NCBI RefSeq assembly: GCF_013004595.1
Contig: NZ_JABEMC010000001.1
Coordinates: 310,001-374,000 of the forward strand
Direction of reading: 5' to 3'
From: Brevibacterium luteolum
Lineage (GTDB): Bacteria; Actinomycetota; Actinomycetes; Actinomycetales; Brevibacteriaceae
Length of the DNA: 64,000 nt
Position 1 is the stretch's first letter. Each line of letters starts with the position of its first letter. A model generated the notes under the pieces. The model was not told the origin of the DNA and searched no databases. It was given only the letters and a program-made list of their open reading frames with translations. Positions 56,989 to 64,000 of this stretch are shown here, piece after piece. A program made the position numbers and the translations under genes.

Positions 56989-59900
56989 CGTGACGGGGTT
57001 CCTGCCACGTCCCCGCCGGCGGGGCAGGCGGGGGCTGGGCAGGCGGTTGCCAGTTCCGTTCCCGAGGCGGCAGCTGGCCGGTCCCGCTTGGGACCTGGCC
57101 GGGCGGCTGGGGAGGAGCAGGTGGTGGTGGGCCCTGCCGCGGCGGGACGTGCGGCGGTCCGAATCCGTGCGCCGGGCCGGCATGCGACGGGTTCTGCGGA
57201 GGCTCCTGGACTGGGCTGCCCTGCGGCTCGGGACTCTTCGGTTTGCGCAGCAGCTGCCAGATGACGACGCCGATGATGAACACGGCGATGATGACGAGGG
57301 CCAGCCACATGAGATCGCGCAGGAACCACACGATGCCGGCGCTGACGCCGGCCAGCCCCCACCACAGCGCCCAGGCTCGCAGCAGGACGGCGCCGGCGAT
57401 GAGCAGTGCGGCATGGTCGATGAGGAACAGCAGGGAGTAACCGGCGTGCTCGGCGGTGAACGCTGCGATCGTGCCGGTGAGCGTGATGAACGCCATCGGG
57501 ATGACGGTGCGCAGGTCGACGCGGACGAACTGGGCACCGGGCCCGCTGCGCGGCGGCTGGCTGCGCGCGCAGAAGATCGCCCAGCCGATCGCTGCGGCCA
57601 GCAGCACATGCAGGGGCACGACGAGGTGCAGCTGCCAGATTCCAGCCAGCGCGATCATCCCGCCGACCGCGCCGATATAGGTGGCGACCTCAGCGGTGAT
57701 GCGGCGCGTGAGCTGGTGCGGGAACCGCTGGGCCAGCAGCACGAGCATGAATGCCGGCATCATGAGCGTGATGCCGGCGATGAGCATCGTGAGCGAATGG
57801 AGTACCGGCACCTCTGCGTCGACGAGCAGTGCGCTGATGAAGGCGGTGAGCATCGCGGCGAACGCTGCGATCAGCGGGGCGAGTGACCAGCGGGAGAATC
57901 CGGCGACGAGGTGCCGGGCATCCGGCTTGCGGTCATAGGCGACCGAGACGAACCAGTACAGCGCGTACGCCAGCATCCAGACCAGCCATGCCGCCAGCAG
58001 GTGCGCCAGTGCCGCGTCGGTGATGCCGAGTCCGGCGAGGACCCGAATCCCGTGGTAGAGAGCGAGGAACCCGGGGAGCACGACTTCGGGGACATGGGCG
58101 GCGAACGCGTGGGCGAAGGCGACGGCGGCCAGCAGCAGGAGCACGATCGCTGCCGCCAGCCGCACGTGCTCGACCGAATGGAGGCAGATGATGAGCACGC
58201 TGGCGAGGAAAGCCGCCACTGCCGAGATGCTCAGCGGCAGCAGCCGCAGCTCGCTGTAGCGAAGCCCGGGCCCGCGACCGGCGGCGGCCAGTCTGCGGCT
58301 GGCCCAGTGACCGGCTGCGAACAGTCCGACGGTGATGAACAGGAGAACCGGCCCGGCGATGTAGGCGGCCTGACTGTCCTCGATGCCCAGTGTGACGATC
58401 CTGAACAGCAGCCCGAACCCGAAGAACGCCGCGAGGATGCCTGCGGTGATGATCGCGTAGCGGGCACGCCAGGTCCGTCCGCGCCGGCGCAGACCCACCT
58501 CGGCGAGGGCCAGCCCGGCAAGAGCTGCGGCGACGATGATGAGGTATCCGCCGGTGACGATCGGGGAGGCGACGCTCGAGCCCAGTCCGAGCGCCTTCCA
58601 GATGTCACCGAGGACGTAGCCGAAGGCCAGCGCCACCGGCACAGCGCCGGTGACGAGCAGCGCATTGCGCGCCCACCATGCGCACAGTCCCAGTGCCGCC
58701 ACAGACGCGATGACGATGAGCGTGCTGACCGGCGAGTCGATATCGGCGGCTGCCATCGGCGCCGGGATCAGCAGCAGGAGAGCGGCAGCCGGCATGAGCG
58801 GCGGCATGCCGGCGCGCAGCACCGTGAGGTGGCGGGCCCGGCGGGAGGTGATGATCGAGCTGAGCCACGCGAGCCCGATGAGCAGCAGCACATGCCAGAT
58901 GAATCCGGCGCTCGTCGCCACCCCGCTGGGCAGCTGGTCACCCAGCGGGGCATCCTGCGGGCCGAGGTCCATAACCTGGTAGACGATGAACGCCCCGGTC
59001 CGGGCCGCGACTGCGATCCCGGCGCCCAGCGGCAGCAGTGCATCGGCGCGCAGGGCCGCGAACACGGCGGCACCTGCTGCCAGCAGCCCGGTGACGCTGA
59101 TGAGGATCGTGGCAATGGTGCTGGCCGGGTCGGTGTAGGGCACCTCGGCGAGCACGATGCCGGTGGCGTAGAGGAAGCTGCCGGCGAGCATGAGCGCGAT
59201 GTGCGCAGCCGCCGCCTGTATGGCAGGTGCGGCCATGGCCGCCGGCAGCTCGGACGCCTCCGGCTGAGGGGTAGGGCCGCCTCGGCGGGCCGGGCGGCGC
59301 AGGGCAGCCTCGGTGAAGAAGGCCGCACCGATGAGCAAGGCCGCGACCGTGGTCAGCGGGCGGTTCCAGCTGGCGTGCAGGCCGATCATCTCGTTGTGGA
59401 CCAACCCGCTGATGATGAGCAGGATCGCCAGCGCGAAGCTGAACCGCGCCCCGACCCCGCGAAGCGGCGAACGGCGCAGCAGGGCGCCGACGAGGAAGTG
59501 CACACCGAGGGCGGCGAACAGGATGCCCCACTCCAGGCGGGTCGGAACCGGGTCGATGAAGACGGCGCCGGCCACGGCCAGGGGTGCGAGCACATCGCCG
59601 AGGATGATCTGCGGGCGGATGTACTTCTCGGCCAGCCGGCTGCGCAGCAGCACTGCCAGCAGCGCCAGGGGAGCGGTGGTGAGGATGAGGACGACGAAGT
59701 ACCAGACCACCGGTGCCGGGGTCAGTGCGATCGCCGACATCGTCAGCGAGAACGTAAACGCCACGCTGAGCCAGGTGACGAGCTGGGAGCGCAGCACCAC
59801 TGCAGCGCCCAGGTAGGCGAGCACGCCGGCGGCAGAGGAGATGAACCAGGCCAGCGTTCCGGAGGTCAGCTGCCAGCCGCCGAGGCCGAACCCGGCGATC

Positions 59901-60670
59901 GGGATGATCGCCAGGCCGATTGCCGTGAGGGCGAAGCCGACCGGCCGCAGCTTGGAGACGAACGAATAGACGATGAGCCCGGCGCCGTAGAAGACGACGG
60001 CGACGACCCACAGACTCACAGCCTTGACGACAGTCGAGGAGGCGACGGTGATGAAGATGATCGCCGCAGTGATCATGAGCAGCGCCGCGACCCCGAGCAG
60101 GATGTTGAGGTACAGGCTCGTCCGGTCGATTGGTGGTCTCACCGGGCCCGAGGCGGTGGCTGCATGACCGGGATGCCCGCCGCCGGCATGGGGCGGGTAG
60201 GGCAGCCGGGGTGGGCCGGGCGAGCCGGGGTGCGGACCCGGATGCGGCACGCCCGGGCGCATCGGGGGACCGGCAGGAGCCCGCATGCCCGGAGACGGCG
60301 GGGGAGGAGCGAACCGGTTGCCCGCCTGCGGCGGACGCTGGTGAGGGTGCATACCCTCGTGCCGGCCCGGATGTCCAGGTCCCGGATGCTCAGGTCCCGG
60401 ATTCTCCGGTCGCGGCGGACCTGATTGCGGCGGCGCTGACCCGGGAGGTACAGGCGGTGGTGGTCCTGGTCGGCCGGATGCCGGCTGCCTGCCGGCCGGC
60501 GGCTGCCCAGGCGCCGGGCGGTGGGATGCTGGTGCCGGGGTCGGCCGCGGTCGGTCTTTGACACGAGCGGTCGTCCAGGCCGCGAACCACGCCACCGTCG
60601 CATAGCCCACCAGCAGCAGTGTGAGGATGAGGCTGATGAGATTCAGTCCTGCTGCAGCTGAGGCGTTCAC
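56981..60670 (-). CDS. Very large polytopic membrane protein with Pro-rich N- and C-terminal regions (1229 aa)
   Basis: One continuous ORF with roughly 30 hydrophobic segments by eye, flanked by PPG/HPG-rich stretches. Confidence 0.8.
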   Translation of the reverse strand: MNASAAAGLNLISLILTLLLVGYATVAWFAAWTTARVKDRPRPTPAPASHRPAPGQPPAGRQPASGRPGPPPPVPPGSAPPQSGPPRPENPGPEHPGPGHPGRHEGMHPHQRPPQAGNRFAPPPPSPGMRAPAGPPMRPGVPHPGPHPGSPGPPRLPYPPHAGGGHPGHAATASGPVRPPIDRTSLYLNILLGVAALLMITAAIIFITVASSTVVKAVSLWVVAVVFYGAGLIVYSFVSKLRPVGFALTAIGLAIIPIAGFGLGGWQLTSGTLAWFISSAAGVLAYLGAAVVLRSQLVTWLSVAFTFSLTMSAIALTPAPVVWYFVVLILTTAPLALLAVLLRSRLAEKYIRPQIILGDVLAPLAVAGAVFIDPVPTRLEWGILFAALGVHFLVGALLRRSPLRGVGARFSFALAILLIISGLVHNEMIGLHASWNRPLTTVAALLIGAAFFTEAALRRPARRGGPTPQPEASELPAAMAAPAIQAAAAHIALMLAGSFLYATGIVLAEVPYTDPASTIATILISVTGLLAAGAAVFAALRADALLPLGAGIAVAARTGAFIVYQVMDLGPQDAPLGDQLPSGVATSAGFIWHVLLLIGLAWLSSIITSRRARHLTVLRAGMPPLMPAAALLLLIPAPMAAADIDSPVSTLIVIASVAALGLCAWWARNALLVTGAVPVALAFGYVLGDIWKALGLGSSVASPIVTGGYLIIVAAALAGLALAEVGLRRRGRTWRARYAIITAGILAAFFGFGLLFRIVTLGIEDSQAAYIAGPVLLFITVGLFAAGHWASRRLAAAGRGPGLRYSELRLLPLSISAVAAFLASVLIICLHSVEHVRLAAAIVLLLLAAVAFAHAFAAHVPEVVLPGFLALYHGIRVLAGLGITDAALAHLLAAWLVWMLAYALYWFVSVAYDRKPDARHLVAGFSRWSLAPLIAAFAAMLTAFISALLVDAEVPVLHSLTMLIAGITLMMPAFMLVLLAQRFPHQLTRRITAEVATYIGAVGGMIALAGIWQLHLVVPLHVLLAAAIGWAIFCARSQPPRSGPGAQFVRVDLRTVIPMAFITLTGTIAAFTAEHAGYSLLFLIDHAALLIAGAVLLRAWALWWGLAGVSAGIVWFLRDLMWLALVIIAVFIIGVVIWQLLRKPKSPEPQGSPVQEPPQNPSHAGPAHGFGPPHVPPRQGPPPPAPPQPPGQVPSGTGQLPPRERNWQPPAQPPPAPPAGTWQEPRHDG

Positions 60671-60805
60671 GGCAGACTCGCTTTCGATGGGTGCTGTGCC
60701 TCACCCTAGCGAATCTCCGCGTGCAGAACCGGTTATCCACAGCCGGGAGTGCGACATGCTGACATGCCTCCCGCTTCGGGCGCGGAAGCATCCTAGGATC
60801 GGATC

Positions 60806-61372
60806 ATGATCCGACTGCCCCGAAACCGCAGGCGCCTGGCCGCCGGTGCATTGGCGCTTGCACTGGTGAGCGGCCTGTCGGGGTGCACACTGCTCGGCCC
60901 GGTCGAGGTCGGCACACACGATGCCGGGATCATCGCCCGGTTCACCGATCCGCGCACCGGCGCGGCCAACCGCAGCTGGGTCATCGAGGCCGTCCCGGAA
61001 AAGGCCGCCCTGCGTGTGCACGCCCATGAGGAGTTCCTCGGCTATGAGCGCGTCGAGCTGCCCGCCGAGGTGTGGTCCGAGGTCGCCACCGCCGCTGAGG
61101 CCGCTCAGGAGCGGACGAACTTCATCCCCGAGCAGGGCTGCGAGGGCGCGCGCGAGATCGAGGTTGAGCTGTGGCGCGGGGACAAGCAGATGAAGTCGCT
61201 GACCGCCAACAACTGCGGCAGCGACGACACCTACTACGACCTCTACATCGCCGTCACCCAGCCGCTGGTCGACCAGTTCGATGCCGGCCGGCTCAACCCC
61301 AACGTCGAGCCCGAAGAGACCCAGCCGCGCACGACGATGAGCCGCGAGGTCAGCGGGCCGCCGCGACCCTGA
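60806..61372 (+). CDS. Putative lipoprotein
   Basis: RNRRR, hydrophobic core, LSGC lipobox; two further Cys. TAGGAT 6 nt upstream of the ATG. Confidence 0.75.
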   Translation: MIRLPRNRRRLAAGALALALVSGLSGCTLLGPVEVGTHDAGIIARFTDPRTGAANRSWVIEAVPEKAALRVHAHEEFLGYERVELPAEVWSEVATAAEAAQERTNFIPEQGCEGAREIEVELWRGDKQMKSLTANNCGSDDTYYDLYIAVTQPLVDQFDAGRLNPNVEPEETQPRTTMSREVSGPPRP

Positions 61373-61392
61373 GCGCTCGCCGGTTGAGCTGC

Positions 61393-62193
61393 TCAGCGCA
61401 GGCGGCGCACACCCGCAGGAAGGCCGGTGCTCTCAGCGAAGGAAAACGGCGCGGCGCTTACCGCTGCCAGCTCATGATCCGGATCGGCGGCAAGGGCAGC
61501 GATGTCCTCGGCCTGACGGCGGACGAACCCGGCGTCGACCGGCTGTCCGTGACCGGGTGCGAACACCTCGGCACCGGGCAGGGCGGCAAGCTCCCGCAGC
61601 CCAGCCGCCCAGCGGCTCGGGGTGGCGTCATCGCCGGCCTGCGGCGCAGCACCCTCTTCGACGAGATCGCCGGTGAAGACGACATCCGCGCAGGCGAGGA
61701 CGAGATCGGTGTCCGTGTGCCCGGGCACCTCGTAGGCGTGCAGCTGCCAGCCGCCGATGTCGAGGACTGCGCCGTCGGCCAGCGCCGCGACCTCGACGGC
61801 CAGCGCACTCGGGTCGGACGGCAGCTGCGGTTCGGCCTCCAGGGGCACCGAATGGAACTGCAGCCAGGCCGAACCGGCCTGATCGCGGACGAAGGCCGGG
61901 GAGCCGAAGAACTTCTCGACGCCGCAGGCGGCGAAATGGGCGTTGCCGAAATAGTGGTCCCAATGGTCGTGGGTGTTGACGACGGCGATCGGCAGCTCGC
62001 CGTCCCGGCCGGGCGTCCTGTGCTGTGCGAGCACGGTGGTGAAGACGTCGAGGATGCCGGCGGCCTGAGCGGGGCCAGCGCCGGTGTCGATGATGACGGC
62101 GCGCTCGGTGCCGATGATGAGATAGGAGTTGAGCGCAGCCGGGTCGGAGGTGTGGACGAAGATCGCCGGGGCCGGCAGGGAAGGCGCAGACAT
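61393..62193 (-). CDS. MBL-fold metallo-hydrolase
   Basis: IDTG, NTHDHWDHYFGN, PGHT, FTGD, PGHG. Confidence 0.88.
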   Translation of the reverse strand: MSAPSLPAPAIFVHTSDPAALNSYLIIGTERAVIIDTGAGPAQAAGILDVFTTVLAQHRTPGRDGELPIAVVNTHDHWDHYFGNAHFAACGVEKFFGSPAFVRDQAGSAWLQFHSVPLEAEPQLPSDPSALAVEVAALADGAVLDIGGWQLHAYEVPGHTDTDLVLACADVVFTGDLVEEGAAPQAGDDATPSRWAAGLRELAALPGAEVFAPGHGQPVDAGFVRRQAEDIAALAADPDHELAAVSAAPFSFAESTGLPAGVRRLR

Positions 62194-62506
62194 GGCCGCA
62201 GACTATCACCGGCTCACCAGGGCAGATGGGGCAGCAGAGGCGAAAACTCAGCACTCTACCACACCGGCTTGCCACATGGGGATGCGGCGACTATGCTGGT
62301 CCTTTGCGTTGCTTTGTCTTTGTGGTGCCTTCATATAGCGGTGGGCTCACGCACAGCGCCTGACGGAATCGGGGCCAGCCGACCCTCATTCACCCGGGAC
62401 TCTACCAGCCACTGCGAGCTGTGTCCGGTGTGTGCGGCGGCGCGTCTCCTCTCCTTCTCAGGCAGGCGAAGCGAACTGACCAGGTGAACCACTCGGAAGG
62501 ATCCCA

Positions 62507-64000
62507 TTGGCCGCCGCCAACGAACACACCAGGACCGCTAACCCACCCACGCGCGTTTCTTTCGCGAAGATCAACGAGCCGCTGCCGCTGCCGAACCTCC
62601 TCGGCCTGCAGACCGACAGCTTCGACTGGCTGATCGGCAACGAGAAGTGGCAGGACCGCGTCGCCGAGGCTATCGAGACCGGCGATGACTCCGTTGCCAC
62701 CACCTCGGGCCTGGAGGACATCTTCGAGGAGATCTCCCCGATCGAGGACTTCTCCGGCGCGATGAGCCTGTCGTTCCGCGAACACCGCTTCGAGCCTCCG
62801 AAGTACTCCATCGATGAGTGCAAGGAACGCGACATGACCTACTCGGCGCCGCTGTTCGTCACCGCCGAGTTCATGAACAACAACACCGGCGAGATCAAGA
62901 GCCAGACCGTGTTCATGGGCGACTTCCCGCTCATGACCGACAAGGGCACCTTCGTCATCAACGGCACCGAGCGCGTCGTCGTCTCCCAGCTCGTCCGCTC
63001 GCCCGGCGCCTACTTCGAGGCCGCTGCCGACAAGACCTCGGACAAGGACATCTACACCGCCAAGATCATCCCGTCGCGCGGTGCCTGGCTGGAGTTCGAG
63101 ATCGACAAGCGTGATCAGGTGGGTGTGCGCCTGGACCGCAAGCGCAAGCAGTCGGTCACCGTGCTGCTCAAGGCCCTCGGTTGGACCAGCTCGAAGATCC
63201 TCGAGGAGTTCGGCGACTTCGAGTCGATCCGCGAGACCCTGGCCAAGGACACCGTCGAGACCCGCGAAGACGCCCTGCTCGACATCTACAAGAAGCTGCG
63301 CCCGGCAGAGCCTGCCACGATCGAAGCGGCAGAGAACCTGCTGAAGAACCTCTACTTCAACGCCAAGCGCTACGACCTCGCCAAGGTCGGCCGCTACAAG
63401 ATCAACCGCAAGCTCGGCATCGACGCGCCGCTGTCGGACTCGGTGCTCACCGTCGACGACATCGCCCAGACGATCCGCTACATCGTCTCGCTGCACGCCG
63501 GCAAGGACACCATGTCCGGCCGCCGCGACGGCGAAGACGCCGAGATCCGCGTCGCCCTCGATGACATCGACCACTTCGGCAACCGCCGCATTCGCGCCGT
63601 CGGCGAGCTCATCGAAAGCCAGGTGCGCACCGGTCTGTCGCGTATGGAGCGCGTCGTGCGCGAGCGCATGACGACCCAGGACGTCGAGGCGATCACCCCG
63701 CAGTCGCTGATCAACATCCGCCCGGTCGTGGCCGCGATCAAGGAGTTCTTCGGAACCTCCCAGCTGTCGCAGTTCATGGACCAGAACAACCCGCTGGCCG
63801 GCCTGACCCACAAGCGCCGCCTGTCGGCACTTGGCCCCGGCGGCCTGTCGCGCGACCGCGCCGGCATGGAAGTCCGCGACGTCCACCCGTCGCACTACGG
63901 CCGCATGTGCCCGATCGAGACGCCGGAAGGCCCGAACATCGGCCTCATCGGCTCGCTGGCCTCCTACGGCCGGATCAACCCGTTCGGCTTCATCGAGACC
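62507..64000 (+). CDS. rpoB: DNA-directed RNA polymerase subunit beta (5' part; continues beyond the window)
   Basis: TTG start after [71 protein letters not shown]. Confidence 0.98.
   Translation, partial: MAAANEHTRTANPPTRVSFAKINEPLPLPNLLGLQTDSFDWLIGNEKWQDRVAEAIETGDDSVATTSGLEDIFEEISPIEDFSGAMSLSFREHRFEPPKYSIDECKERDMTYSAPLFVTAEFMNNNTGEIKSQTVFMGDFPLMTDKGTFVINGTERVVVSQLVRSPGAYFEAAADKTSDKDIYTAKIIPSRGAWLEFEIDKRDQVGVRLDRKRKQSVTVLLKALGWTSSKILEEFGDFESIRETLAKDTVETREDALLDIYKKLRPAEPATIEAAENLLKNLYFNAKRYDLAKVGRYKINRKLGIDAPLSDSVLTVDDIAQTIRYIVSLHAGKDTMSGRRDGEDAEIRVALDDIDHFGNRRIRAVGELIESQVRTGLSRMERVVRERMTTQDVEAITPQSLINIRPVVAAIKEFFGTSQLSQFMDQNNPLAGLTHKRRLSALGPGGLSRDRAGMEVRDVHPSHYGRMCPIETPEGPNIGLIGSLASYGRINPFGFIET

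Noticed and set aside
63746..63832. Rifampicin-resistance substitutions in rpoB
   Set aside because: The region reads [29 protein letters not shown] with the usual sensitive Q, D, H and S residues.

Overview
High-GC actinobacterial chromosome segment; gene order and content suggest Micrococcales, possibly Brevibacterium-like (inference). Most of it is conserved core: trkH/acuC/bS22, a rex-hemA::hemC-cobA::hemD-hemB-marR-hemL heme block, system-II cytochrome c maturation genes (resA, ccdA, resB, ccsB), a menaquinone cluster (menA,E,B,C,D,F,G,J and a polyprenyl synthase), fprA, yajQ, four tRNAs (Tyr, Thr, Met, Trp), two MaoC dehydratases, murB, add, secE-nusG-rplK-rplA-rplJ-rplL and the 5' part of rpoB. 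Two accessory islets sit next to tRNAs. The most interesting (35746-39639, minus strand, after tRNA-Tyr) is a five-gene operon: three exported proteins sharing a SipW-type signal peptide and TasA/CalY-like motifs, a SipW signal peptidase, and an LPRTG sortase substrate with TasA-like core motifs but no N-terminal donor strand. I infer a TasA-like donor-strand fibre covalently tethered to the cell wall by sortase. The second islet (43063-47025, after tRNA-Met) encodes a cyclase-family hydrolase, an acyl-CoA ligase and an XRE::TetR double-HTH regulator. Also notable: a HemA-HemC fusion, a glutaminase-STAS-cNMP protein, a frameshifted glycerophosphodiester phosphodiesterase, about 13 apparently leaderless genes, and a 1229-aa polytopic membrane protein between rplL and rpoB. 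All family assignments come from recognising motifs by eye; no database searches were run.
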